Shown here in pieces: positions 1-23,340 of a DNA stretch of 64,000 bases; the stretch's first letter is position 1, and every line of letters starts with the position of its first letter. Source of the stretch: Strigamia acuminata (lineage: Eukaryota). Location of the stretch: assembly GCA_949358305.1 (NCBI GenBank), contig OX442314.1, positions 21,824,001-21,888,000 on the forward strand. The letters are read 5' to 3'. The notes beneath the pieces are model-generated. The model was not told the DNA's origin. It worked only from the letters and a program-made list of their open reading frames with translations, and ran no database searches. Made by a program: the position numbers and the translations under genes.

Positions 1-3000
1 ACCAAGAACTGTTTCAACTTTAAGATAGGTAAGTACACAAGAAGGGTTATGCGATTACGGTGGAAAAAAAGGGTGACATGCGAAGGAAATCGCGATCGGA
101 ATGATCGAAATGTACGCTGGCATTTACCACATATTTGGCGTGTTTGGGCCGCAACATCCGGGGTCCGAGCGATTTCAGGGAACTTGAGCCACATTTTACA
201 CTCGAATTATTCTTCTACTGTTGGGAGTTGATAATTGAAATCGTAACAAATCACATTTTGATGGATTATCACATTTATTCAATCGTTTTTATTTTATTTT
301 GTTTTGCGGAAAAAGATACGTTTGTTTACATGGTGAAAAGATTGAGGATATGCGTGCGTTGGTGCTTTCAAAGTGCTATTGAGTAATTGAAATCTTTATC
401 ACTAGGATATTTTTATTTTATTTTGTTTTATTTTATTTTATTTTTTGGGTTTTTATGATTTTACGTGATATTTCCACATTTTAGTGGTGATATTCCATTT
501 GGATGTGAAAATATTTATTTATTTCTTTATGTTTTTTTTTAAAATGATTACCGGTAACTGAAATTTTCAAATAATTTTGTGCTGTTGTTATCCGCCTTTT
601 CCGTTTACCCGTAGTGTCCCGTGTAAGCCTAGCGCTTACGCAACGGCCATCGCGTCGTTTTTTCGAGTTAAAAATGGTTTAATTATGAGTTTAATAGGTT
701 TGAGGTGGTCTCGGTTGAGTTTGGTTGTGGAAATAGAAATTTAAGAGAAAATTGTTTGTTTTCAAACAGTTGTAACAGCTCGCCCTCCACGTTTGCCGTG
801 ATCTCGATGCCTGTTGCTTCTTCCATGGCGAAATTTAAAGTTGCTTTTGTTTTCTACTTTTGGCCAGTTTTGCACAAATTCAATTCCATTTTTTCAACGG
901 AATTTCATACCACAATTTATTGATAAATTCAAGAAACAAATGAAAGATTTTTTTTTGTTCAATTTGATAGTTGCTTTTTTCTTTTTCTAAAAAAAAAAGA
1001 TCGAAATAAATCAAAATTTGATGATCAAATAACATTGAAACTTGATGTTTCAACATTTAATCGATAATTGAAAGAAAAATACCCTTTCTTAAATTGTTAA
1101 TTAAACATTTTAGAATGATAAAAAAAATATTATTGTCTTTTTCAACTTGTAAATCTCTGAAATGAAATGAAGATTTATGACACCTTTTATGGTTCTTGAG
1201 AGAGGGAAAAGAAAGTAATTAGACGATAACCAAAATTTATTAGACTTAATCTAATCCCCCAAAAAATAAATATAAATAAAAATGACTTGATGAACAAAAG
1301 CAAGAGAGGGCGAAATAAAATAAAAATGGAGAAGTAAAAATTTTGATCCAAATAAATTACGAGCAATTTAACAATTCACTGTTACTAAAACAGGAAGTGG
1401 ATGAGACAGTTGTCAACAATAGCCATTGAAATGGATATAAAAAATTATATCCAACTCTCCTTCCCCTTGTTCAATCGTATAAAAGTCTCCCCTATTTCTT
1501 TGTACATCATCTTTTCAATTTATAATCTGGCATTTCCTGTTGGGACAGGTTATTATCTCTTAAGATTGTTCTGTTCTGTTCACCTGTCTGACAGGTGGCA
1601 AGAAACTGTTGAGAAAATAGAAAATTAAATAGATATTTATTATTTACTTTTTACCTCATTTGTAGGAATTTGTTTAAAGTTAAATTAACGGTGGTGACAC
1701 AAAATGTTAGATCGACGGCGATCGTGCTTTCATGCGGGCGAGGGTTGACTCGCTGCGGCCAACGGAGGGAAACTCCGTACAAAGTTTTAAAAAATATTTT
1801 TCCGATTTTTAGACAGAGAAATTTTTTGCAATTTCAATTGGTATAGTTTGGATTGTTTTTTGTTTTTTGAAACAAGCCTCACCCATTTTTTTTTTTTAAA
1901 AAAAAGCTAGTTACCCAGCGAGCAAAGTCAATCCGGATCTGTTGTGTAATTGTTTTCTTAGAATCCAGTTTTAAAAGGGTTGTTTAGTCTCAAGTTTTGG
2001 AATCTCGTTTCAAATTGGAGAGATCAATTTCCTACACTTGTGGAAAGCTTTAATTATTTTTTTTTTTTTAAATTTATTTTTTTTTTTTGTCAATTTTTTA
2101 TTTTTACCAAAACCATCTGCTTCACGTTTGAAAAAATGTGTAATATTGCTGTTAATGACCCTGGATTCTCAGTTTTATTTAAAAGTAATAATAATAATAA
2201 TAATAATAATAAAAAGCAACAAAAAAATCCAACTAATTTCATATTCATAAAACAGAAAGTTGCTTCTTCTCAAATGAGCGAAAAAACCAAAATGGAGGTG
2301 TTTTTTTTTTCGTATTTTTTTTCACCATGTTGCACCTGTTGCTGTTTATACATCACAGGGTCAGTGAGGTGAGTGTGGGAAAGTGTAGCTTGGGGCTAGT
2401 TGAGTGAGATTGAGTGTCCCATTTGTTCACTCTACCTTTAAAATGGGTTAAGTTCAACTGAAGCTCAACAAATCTCTCCATTTCTTTAATAATGGCTCAA
2501 TTTTATTCACAATGCATACTTCACTTTATGTTAATTGTCTTGTTTTTTGGTCAATAAATTCTTGCTCCATGCACAAACCCAGATGGTTTATGGATTGTAA
2601 TTAAGTAATTTTAATTTCAGTTTAGTCATGGCTGAAGGATTTTAGTGGTCGAGTTTTTTCCCCTCTTTAATTTCCCGAGCCAAATTTGTGGTGAAATTTA
2701 GCTTTTAAAACTCGTTTTGGCTTCTTTAAATGATTGTGTAGAGGGTGGGTAGCAAAGCAAAGATGGGGTCCAGGCCTGAACAAGTTCAACAGGAACTTGT
2801 TGAGTCATACTCGGTGACTCATTCGGGTCACATGACTCTACTCGTAAAATACTATTAGATTAAAAATAAAAAATATCTCGAGTGTGTTTACGATGACAAA
2901 AAAGTGTTTGTTTTGTTTTAGGGGGAAGTGGGGTGAAATTTGCATTTAATCAGGTGTTAAATGAATTCGAGGAGATTTGAGCACTGTTATTAAGTGTAAA

Positions 3001-5952
3001 CATTGATGTCGATATCCTTGTGAAACGGAAGTTGTTTGATTCCAATCTCGAGTGTACTGGTTGGGCTTGAGGCTTGAGTTGCCCTTTCCTTTTAAACTGC
3101 CCTCTGGATAGAGAAATAGGAAAAATTTGCTCAAATATATTTCTGTATTATTTTTTTTTTATGTAATTTAAATCAGGCGCCATTAAATTTGGGATTTTTT
3201 TTTCAAATTATAATGAAACTGTCTGACTTGTTGGTTAATTAAAGGAGTGTGGATTTAGTTATTATGTTGGGGGGGTCAAAGCTAGAGGTTATGGGAAGAA
3301 AATTTGTTTTCCTGAATTAAACCAGCGCTATGAATAAGATTCTTCATTAGAATATTTTGAAGCGAAACTTCTTTACAAATGATCCGAAAGAAGCAACGAC
3401 GAGATCAGGGACTACTCGTAGCTAAGATTGGAGTCAAGACTGATCTTTTCTTGTTTTAGTTATCATAAACCAAAGAAATGTATAATATTAAACCTATAAT
3501 TGAGAAGTTTCACTACTATTGGGTGGTCGTATACGCACACACACTTTTTTCTCTTAATTTTAATAATCTGTTTTGATCATTATGAAGTCTCAAAAGGTTC
3601 TAAAAATAGTGAAAGAGATGAACAACAATAAGTTAAAATTTGCTATTTTTATTGCAGTCTGTAATTTGTATCAGAAATAATAGATGATTATGGACGTTAA
3701 AATGAATTTCTATAGCATCGATTGTGATTATTTACTCGGTAATGGTACATCAAAATTGCAACCAGTAATCATTAAAGATTTTTTGAGAAGTTAACCAATA
3801 ATTTCACAATGAGAAATTACAGTGCAGCAGATTAAAATATTTTTTGTTCCACTAAGCTGAAGATGAAAATGAAATTCAAACAAACGGCGAATGAAACGGA
3901 ACAAATCAATTGTTGCCATCTAGCGGCGTGCAAACAGACTAAAAGTAATGGAAACGAATTGCAAATGGTGCATGCAAGTTTACAGTAGAATAGATCCTGC
4001 CGTCAAGCGACGAATCTCCTTCCCCGTCTCCGAGGAAAAGTTAAAGAATTCCTTTCGCGAATTGAAGCGGAAATGTTGTGCTATTCGTATTCATTCGACG
4101 TTTCCGCTTCTCTATGGCGACCAATTGAATGGAGAAAAATTATGAAATAAAAACAACTTTTGTCCAATATTCTAAAGAATGTTTTCATTAATTCCATATC
4201 GCCCCAGCTTAAGGGAGGCTTCTGTATTTTTAAATAATGCGTGGGAGCGAGTGAGTCATCATTGAAGCGGCCATTTGTATTTCCCTCCCGCTGGGTTGGT
4301 TGGAGAGACCAAAGGGATTTTTTGTTATGATAATGCGAGATGAAATGTTTCGTAATTAGTTTTAAGTTTTTCTTTATTTGAAGATTTTTATGGAAGAATT
4401 ATTCATCTGAATTCTGAACATGGCTTCATAGAAGGAGTGATTAAATAGCGTTTGCTCAAGTTATTTAGATTCTTGCGTGATTAATGGACGATGCATTAAA
4501 AGCTCGGTGAAAGTTAGAATTTGTGTAATTATGCTCACAGTTACTGTCAACATTGACAAATTAATGTAGAGATTTTTTTCGGATGAGTTCTGGATTGATG
4601 TTAGGAGTTAAGTGAAATGAAATGAGTTATTTAATAGTTGCGACTGTAATTAGTGGAATATTTAATATATTGTGCCTTAATGGCTTTTTGTTTATATTTA
4701 CAGTTTTTAGTTTTTGTTTTCATTAAAGGGGTGGGGTTACAAGGCTTTGACCAATATCATAATTATCCGATATTTCTGTCAAATTATTATTTTTAAATAT
4801 AATAAGTTTAAACAGATGATGTTTGTTGATGTTTTAAAAATAATTTATTTAGATAAAATACCCAGGTAAATTTTTAATGTAATTTAAAAGATGTAATTTA
4901 AAATCTGCTTAGCTTTTCTGCAATTTGCGCTTATAATTTCTTCTTGATTGCAAGCAGCAATATCAGTCAATAAAACGTGCAGATCTGCGCATTTAGTTAT
5001 GTCGGACGATATGATGTAAACTTTGCATCATGTCGGCCATGCGTTTTGATAAATTAGAAATATTTGTATCGGTCAAACCCTAGTATAAAATGTTTTGGAA
5101 GGGAATGAAATTTGTTTGACAGGCAGGTTTTTCTGGACTAGAGAAAAGAAGTGAAATTTTTCACCAGTTCGATCCTGGTTTTATCAAGATTGACTCACTA
5201 GATATTTTATGGCAGTTAGATACTAGTTTGATCAAGATTGATTGACTGTATATAGAAAGAGTTAAGGGTGAGAGAAAAACACGCTGAAAAAAAATGTGTT
5301 TGCATTTCTATTTCTTCTTCATTTCATTTTCTGGCTGTGAAAAATGATTTTTCAAATGTTTTCAATGAAAACAGAAAATGAAATTGTGTCGAAATCGCTG
5401 AATTATTTCATTTTTTCTCATCTCCTTTAATTAAAGTTCTGAATACAAACGCTTTATTATTTATAATTAAACTTTTTTTTTTGTTCCCCTAGCTTTTTAA
5501 ACATGTAGATTGTCTGAAAAATTAAATCAAATTAAAAGCCAAGACACAAACGTTTTTTACTTTGCGGTCATCATCAGGTTTCATGTGTTTTTTTACTGCA
5601 GAAACCCTTCGACTTTTCCATCTGCAGTAAGCAGTGTAATGACCACCTAGAGGGTACATTTAAGCGCTATTTTTAAGTGTTCACTTGAAAATACTACTTA
5701 AGAACTTTAATTCAGCATAATTTTAAGCGCATTTAAAATTCAAATTGCAATTTACTCGTGTCCGATGCCGTGAAAATGGGTTTAAACCTTTGAATTTTTG
5801 TTTTTTTTCTCATCGTTTACAGGTAAAGATATCTCATTTGGTTCCACCAACCCATCAAAATTTCGTCTCCGTGGAACGCGACGCTGGCAGCCGGCGAATC
5901 GAACGGCGGTGGAGCGTCATCCGAAGAGTCGTCGAAAGACAGCAAGTCGGAC

Positions 5953-16601
<10,649 letters not shown>

Positions 16602-17745
16602 TGAAAATAGAAAATACATAATATTTTTCATTGTTAAATATCCACTTCACTGTGTTATTTCATCGTCAGTGCCTCGTCCAAAGCGGAAACGCCAAAAAAT
16701 GATTATATGATAATCCATCCGGGGTCTCGGGATGGTTAAACGATACGTTTTTAAAATTAAAAATTAAAAATTAAAAATAAAAATATTTTAAAATTCTGAT
16801 GATTTTTCAATTTTTTGTTTTTATTTTTTGTTTTGTTTTGTTTTAAAATTCTCCGTACTAGTCAAATTTAAAGCGCCCAAATGGAGGAAATTGAGTGTTT
16901 CACAATCAACTCATTTTGTAAGCGAGCGTTTCTAATGGCTGTGTTTTTAATCTCTGGTTTTTAATTTCGTTTTGTTTGTTTGCTTGTTTGTTTTGTGCCA
17001 TTAATTTTGTTTCATTACAGCATGACTCATTGTTTTGTGATATAATTTATGCTACTTGGCAATTAGTTTAACCCCGTATACACAATTTGTACTTTGTTGT
17101 TACAAAATTATTACAATTACAAATATAAAAAGAGTGGACATTTAACCAGCCATTTGAACTGAACATTCAATGAGTTTTTGTATCAAGATTTTTTTAATAC
17201 AAAATCGTGAATTGTAATTTTATTTTATTTTTTTTTTGTTCTTTTAAATCTTCAATTGCAGCTCTGAAAACCAAAATTATGTACATAGTTGTCTTGTTTT
17301 CAAATTATGGGGAAATAATGTCGATGCCTATTACTAGTTGATGCACGGATGCGATACTAAAAGTAACCATTCAACTGCCCTATATTGATGTGAATTGTGT
17401 AAGTGCCTTTACTCGAGGAAAAAATGGGAAACCAAGTGTTTTAGATTAGTGAAATTGATCATTTTTTGTGCATATCTTGTGAATATTTTCTAATGGTGGT
17501 GGTAAAAATAAGAAAAAAAAAAGGAAATTATAAAATTTGAATCGCAAAACATTGATTTTCATTTTTATATATATTTTTTTTTATTTCCAAACTTTATTTT
17601 ACTCTTTTTGTTTTTTTTTTGTTTGTTTTTTCTCAAGTGTTTTAATCGTTCATCATCAAATTACAATTGTTTACATTTATCACTTTGTTTACAACCAATT
17701 TTTACGTGTACAACTTTATAGAAATAAAATATGGGGAAAAAGTGT

Positions 17746-18087
17746 TTAATAGTAATCCGAGAGTTTTAAATTTAACAAGTTTTCCAAATGCTTGATATAA
17801 TTGATCGCTTGACGCAACGTTTCAACTTTACTTAAACGTCTGCCATCGGTTGTGCCGTCCGAACACGGCAGAATCGATCGTAAATACTCGAAACACTCGT
17901 TAAGGCTTCGCACTCGCTTCCGTTCCCGTTCATTCCGTCGATGAACGACGAAATTAGGACGATAAACAACTCCGCATCGCGGAATGACGTCGACCTGCTT
18001 GGAAACAGATGAACATTGGTGAGTGACAAATTTTGTAACAACAATTAAAATGAAGCCAACAATCTCACTGTTGGTTAAACAAAGCAT
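17746..18087 (-). CDS. Achaete-scute-family bHLH protein (divergent, possibly ASCb/ASCL3-5-like); 5' end uncertain
   Basis: RRNERERKRVRSLNECFEYLRSILP...RRLSKVETLRQAINYIKHLENLL is an ASC-type bHLH. The acidic C-terminal motif typical of proneural ASCa proteins is absent. Confidence 0.88.
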   Translation of the reverse strand: MLCLTNSEIVGFILIVVTKFVTHQCSSVSKQVDVIPRCGVVYRPNFVVHRRNERERKRVRSLNECFEYLRSILPCSDGTTDGRRLSKVETLRQAINYIKHLENLLNLKLSDYY

Positions 18088-18221
18088 TTATTAGCATTTC
18101 AAATGACAGTAGAAATATGGCAGATATGAAATTATAATTTTTTGGCATGGACTCGTTGAGCTTAATTGACGTCCTTGATTTTATGGCAGCTTGTGTATAT
18201 GAACCTCATGCTTGGACAGAT

Positions 18222-18443
18222 ATGGAATCTATCGCCAAAACAATAATTGGGCTTAATTTCATCTGTTTTGGCGTTTATCTCGCTATCTCCCTCGTCATCT
18301 TTCTGGCTTCGCACAACATTCAAAATCGTTTCAAATCTGTCGGTTCGTGACACACTTTCACATTGAAAATTTAAACCTAAAAGTATTCTCTTAAATTCAT
18401 AGATGCGCCGTCGACGTCCAGTAGTTTATGCGAATGGTTGTAA
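18222..18443 (+). CDS. Small single-pass membrane protein (array member 1)
   Basis: Exons 18222-18342 and 18403-18443: MESIAKTIIGLNFICFGVYLAISLVIFLASHNIQNRFKSV|DAPSTSSSLCEWL*. Phase-1 intron; AATAAA near 18605. An upstream in-frame ATG at 18147 is also possible. Confidence 0.5.
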
Positions 18444-18694
18444 AGGTTAACGTCAACAACTTCAAGTTCGTGTTGATTAATTCAACAATTGAAGAAAACA
18501 GAAAAATTAATAATCTTTTTTGTGTGAAAAATTGTACCATATGTAGAATAAGCTGTTCTTCGTTTACTTCACTTTTTATTTCGATCCTGTGACAAAAAAA
18601 TCTAAATAAACATTACAATCTAATTTAAACAATGTGCAATGAACAATTCGTTTCCAATAATAATTATCCCAGTTAAATATTAGAAATTCTATTA

Positions 18695-19174
18695 ATGGAC
18701 CCTCATTTCCGATTCTTTTTTATGTTTGAATTAATGGTTGTAGGTTGTCTGTGTATATTCTGCTTATTTACATTTTACAAGTTGTACGATGCCAGTAGGG
18801 GTAATTTTTAAAAATTATTGGGTCATGAGTCATGAATATAATATTCTTTATACATAAGTAGTTAGGTATTACTGCGAAGGCCATTATGTTACGCGTCCTT
18901 CTGACTACTACCGACCACAAGTATTAATTGTGTACTCTCGTCCAACAGGTATGGTATATATTTTAATGAGGATTTCAATAAAGCGTACACAAGGTAATTT
19001 TCAGAACAGCAAAGACAATTAGCAGTACCTCTTGCTGGTGTACATACTGGTACCGAAAAAGCTGCACAGGTTCAAACAGAAAATACTACGACTCCTGAAG
19101 TGCCACGTTCAACTCCAACTAGTTTGGTGATTAAAAAAACCAAGAAAAACCGCAAGATACAGTGGAAACATTAG
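18695..19174 (+). CDS. Small single-pass membrane protein (array member 2)
   Basis: Exons 18695-18800, 18862-18948 and 19005-19174 join in frame: MDPHFRFFFMFELMVVGCLCIFCLFTFYKLYDASR|VRYYCEGHYVTRPSDYYRPQV...KKTKKNRKIQWKH*. Both introns are phase 1. Confidence 0.6.
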
Positions 19175-19499
19175 ATTTTCGTCGTCTTACAGATTCCTTG
19201 AACTCAATAGGTATGGATATTGGTACTATATATATTAATTTATTAAATTCAAATTAAAAACTAAAACCAAAACCAAAAGGAAAACAAATAATATTTGAGG
19301 AATTTAATAAAACTGTCAACTTTTTACATAACTCTGCAACAGAGCCAAAATTTTCTAAAACCGCAGCAAAATTGTTGATCTTGGCAACAGTGCTGCGTTA
19401 CTTAACAAAGGATAATACCGTAGTACTTAAAAAAAAAACTTAAAAAAATGAATAGGCTTACTAAATTATTATGGCAAAATTAATGCAAAAGCAATAGTC

Positions 19500-20330
19500 A
19501 TGGTCACGTATGATCAGAATATAGATTATGCGGTAGTACTGTTTATGATATCAGTTGCAGTTGGGGTATATTACTATTTTGAAATTGGTAACTGTGAACT
19601 AGAGTCGTTATTTATTTCACTATTGAAAATATGGCTTAAGATATTATACGGGAAATATACTCTCAGGTAACTCATCCGGTTTTTCACTGCAGGTATAATT
19701 TCGATCGGGATTATCTTAGCTGCCATTTTCTATTTTTTGATGAATTACGAGCCGGACGGTAAAATTAGAAATAAAATGTGTTGTCAAGCAGCTACATTCA
19801 CTCATAATTGTTTGTTTTGATTAATTTCGAATTATTTCATTACTAAAAATATTTTTTTTAATGTTGTCATACAAATTTATGAGAAATTCCGGCACTGCTT
19901 AAATCCTGAATGTGTTACGACTAATGCTTTCAGGATTGAAACGAGCAGGATGAGTGTAGTAAATAAGGCACGAATTAAAAAATCTACGCGCACACCTAAA
20001 CTAAATGTAATAATTTTTTCTTTCAGACGAGAGCTTAAACAGGGAAAATGAGAACGGTTCAGTTGGCGATTCTAATGGTAATGGGCAGAAGTCAAAAAAG
20101 TCAACTGAACCATCAAATCAGAAAAAAGAAAAGTCATCGGAACCACCACCAAATCAGAAAAAAGAAAAGTCACCGGAACCACCACCAAATCAGAAAAAAG
20201 AAAAACCAACTGAACCACCAAATCAGAAAAAAGAAAAGCCAACCGATCAGAAAAAAGAAAAGCCAACCGATCAGAAAAAAGAAAAGCCAACCGAACCACC
20301 AAATCAGAAAAAAGAAAAGAAGAAGAAATA
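19500..20330 (+). CDS. Small membrane protein with Lys/Pro-rich repeat tail (array member 3)
   Basis: Exons 19500-19587, 19693-19758 and 20027-20330: two hydrophobic segments, then (EPPPNQKKEKS)-type repeats ending KKEKKKK*. Phase-1 introns. Confidence 0.55.
20100..20320 (+). repeat. Coding minisatellite with frame-preserving 24/33/36-bp units and core ATCAGAAAAAAGAAAA
   Basis: About seven copies of ATCAGAAAAAAGAAAA with spacings that are multiples of 3. Confidence 0.9.
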
Positions 20331-20623
20331 AAAACTCGGTTTTGCACTGAAAAATAATACTAATGTATATATATGCAAAATTTTGAATAATTTGAATCCA
20401 CTAGTTAGCATAGCAAGTAATTAAAATACTGATGATGAGTAATTTCACAGTTTATACGATAATTGACGATTTTTTAAAGGCAAAAACTTACAACTTAGTT
20501 GATATCTTAATAAACAAACAAAAGATTACAATAATTTGGTTGGCTATTGTTAGTTAACATTAGAAATAGGACTAAAAGATGACAGATTTGCAGATGGTCG
20601 TGGGTCTGTAGGGGCTCTTTACT

Positions 20624-20946
20624 ATGCCTATACCTGGCTTAGACCAGTTGGGGCTTGGCTCGTTAATACTTCTACTTGTAATTATGATACCAATTCTCTT
20701 ATGCTGTTGTATTGGTGTAGGATTACACTATTTCTTTAGACTTGGAAGACCCAGTAAGAAACAAAATATAAACGTTTTGACCATTTTATTCTATTATTTT
20801 TTTCTTCAATTTATTTCCAGACTATCAAATGACTCCAAACATTGTTTATCACTCACCAGGCTACATTTTATAATGCAACGGTGATTCCATCTAATCAAAA
20901 ACCTCAGCATCAACATGTAATACTAGTAGAGAGTTGTTTCAATTAA
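20624..20946 (+). CDS. Small single-pass membrane protein with Cys cluster (array member 4)
   Basis: Exons 20624-20753 and 20821-20946: MPIPGLDQLGLGSLILLLVIMIPILLCCCIGVGLHYFFRLGRP|NYQMTPNIVYHSPGYIYNATVIP...ESCFN*. Phase-1 intron; AATAAA near 20963. Confidence 0.65.
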
Positions 20947-21058
20947 ACCACACAATACTGTAATAAAAACTGTTTAAACAATTTGAAAATCATTATTTCA
21001 CTCATTGCCATTTCTTTTATATTTAATGTTACTGTTGCGCTGCTGCGCACTTCCTAAA

Positions 21059-21296
21059 ATGACCGAGAAGTTGGAACTCTTTGGCTACATACTTTTCATC
21101 TTAGTGTTGGGAACCATCTCGGTTGTATTTTGTGTGAGTTGTTGTTGTATTATAGTCAATTATTTATTTTTACAAATTCTACCATTTGAAAGCAGCAAAA
21201 GTAAGTAGATAATGACAGTACCATGCAGTTGCAAGTTTATGTGTCTCCTAATTCATTATGTTGTTTGATGTTTTAGATCAACAAGATGTTATATAG
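21059..21296 (+). CDS. Small single-pass membrane protein with Cys cluster (array member 5; possible premature stop)
   Basis: Exon 21059-21200 encodes MTEKLELFGYILFILVLGTISVVFCVSCCCIIVNYLFLQILPFESSK with a GTAAGT donor (phase 1). Exon from 21277 gives NQQDVI*. Confidence 0.55.
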
Positions 21297-21533
21297 CTGT
21301 TCCTTCGGAGCTCGAGAGATTCAGAATTACAAAGAAATAGAAGAAGAAGCGTACAAACCAAATATATATTCAATGGTAATAAACTATTATTGTAATCTTG
21401 TTTAGGATTTTCTCTATCCAGAAATGTTTAGATTCGAAATGGATGAACTTAACAGAGCAGATTGACCTTATGCCTATTGTTGCTCTGCACAACAAAATGC
21501 ATTTCTTTTCTCAATAGGCAGCCGTGTGTATCA

Positions 21534-22284
21534 ATGACAAGAGTATTAATAATTCGAATTGTGATCGTACTTGTAATCGTTGCATTAGGAGTCGGTATGT
21601 TCATACTTTGTTACAAGGTGATCAAAGCGAGAAGAAACCGTAAGTTTGTATTTTATGTGACGATGTAATTTTCCAAATTTAAACAAATTTAATACTACAA
21701 CACTTGTGGTATCAACCATCAACATAAATATAACTGTCATTTGAAAAACTTAAGACAAATTCAACCACTCGTCCAACGGAATTTAAGTGATGAGATTGTC
21801 TTAAACTTTTCAAAATATAATTCTACCACCGACACTATACTAATACTAAGCACGGTTCATTTCTTTCCTCTGCACAGCAACATCACAAACTGAAAGAATC
21901 CCTCCATGTGGAACATGTACTACATATCAAATAGTCTATCCATACGAAAACCAACGGATTTACTATCGATATCAAACTCCAGGCGATAATTATCAATACC
22001 AAAGTACTGCAGATATTTCATACCAAAAACCCAGTAACTAAAGCATATACCAAACATAATTTTCAGATACGGCATACGGTGGGAATGTACCACCTGCCGC
22101 TCCTGGTATGTACCAAGCGCCATCAGGAGGACAGCGCGGTTGGAGTGGACCGCCTCCTCCACCTAATCAAAACCAACCGCCTTCAGGAGCACAGTACGGT
22201 CGGACTGGACCGCCGCCGCTGCCACCTCCTTCTGCGGAGAATTCAAACCAAGCGCCTCCCATCGGTTGGAACGTACCAAGCTGA
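21534..22284 (+). CDS. Single-pass membrane protein with Tyr- and Pro-rich cytoplasmic tail (array member 6)
   Basis: Exons 21534-21639, 21878-22003 and 22067-22284: MTRVLIIRIVIVLVIVALGVGMFILCYKVIKARRN|PTSQTERIPPCGTCTTYQIVYPY...|NTAYGGNVPPAAPGMYQ...GPPPPPNQ...PIGWNVPS*. Phase-1 introns; AATAAA at 22351. Confidence 0.7.
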
Positions 22285-23340
22285 ACATCCAACTAAGTGC
22301 AAGGAATTCCTGACGTAGAATTATGACTTTTGGAACGAAGTGTGTTGTGTAATAAAAATAAAAACTGTTTTTATTTGTGTTTTGTACAAATAAAACGGTT
22401 TGTTACAAACCGAAAGCGAAAGACCAGAAATATACCGACTCCAGTTGTCAGTTGTTTATTTATTTATTTTATTTATTATTTATTTACTTATTTATTTTTT
22501 TATTTTTTTATTTTTTTTATTTTTTTAAGAACTTGTATCGATTTAATTGTAATATTTTTCGCTATATTTTTTATGGTTTCGATTTTTCGAACATAAAATT
22601 CTGACATGACGTGAACTAAATTAAAGGCTTACCTGTGATTTGTGACTAGTTTGCTGATACGGTGACATTTTCGCAAGAAATTATATCTTTCTTATGTATT
22701 TTATGCAGCTGTTACCAGAACTGCGACTAGTGCATGGTTTCCCTTATGTGAGAAAATGTTTGAAGAGGTGATTGGATTTTTTATGGAGCTAAATGGATAA
22801 ATGAATTTTGTATGATGTTACAAGTGTTACGATCAATTGCATTGAACGAGTTATTATTTATTGCATTATTTAAAAAAAAAATTTTTACATTCAAACACTT
22901 TTCCTTTTGAACTTCTTTCTTTACATTTTTAAAATAAATTTTAACTTTTAAAATACTACTTTATACTGATAGTCACTAGGGGACAGTCGTGTTCAACGCA
23001 GGCCAGTTGAATCGGACCAAACTGTTTAAAAATAAAACCGGTCGATTCGAAATGAGCTCATCCCATTTTTAACGCCGCTGTGCGTCATGTGAAACTTTGT
23101 ACATGTTGGTGTCTGCACATTTATTTAAAAAATAACTTAAAATATGCGTAATCGTCAACCGTATCAAGCATCGGTTAAATTCAGGTAGTACTTTTTGCAA
23201 CGTATGTGAACTCAAAACACATTTAGAACGTAAAATATATGCGAAATTTGTTATCAGATCCTAACGGGAAACACCAGAACCAAAATGACCGCCCATTAAA
23301 ACTCAGTTGAGTTTATGAGCCGAAATTATTCTGATTCACC

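Noticed and set aside
20048..20350. Protamine-like ORF (HQIRKKKS repeats) from the ORF track
   Set aside because: The splice-compatible frame from the upstream membrane exons gives EPPPNQKKEK repeats. The listed ORF stays open only because the repeat units are multiples of 3.
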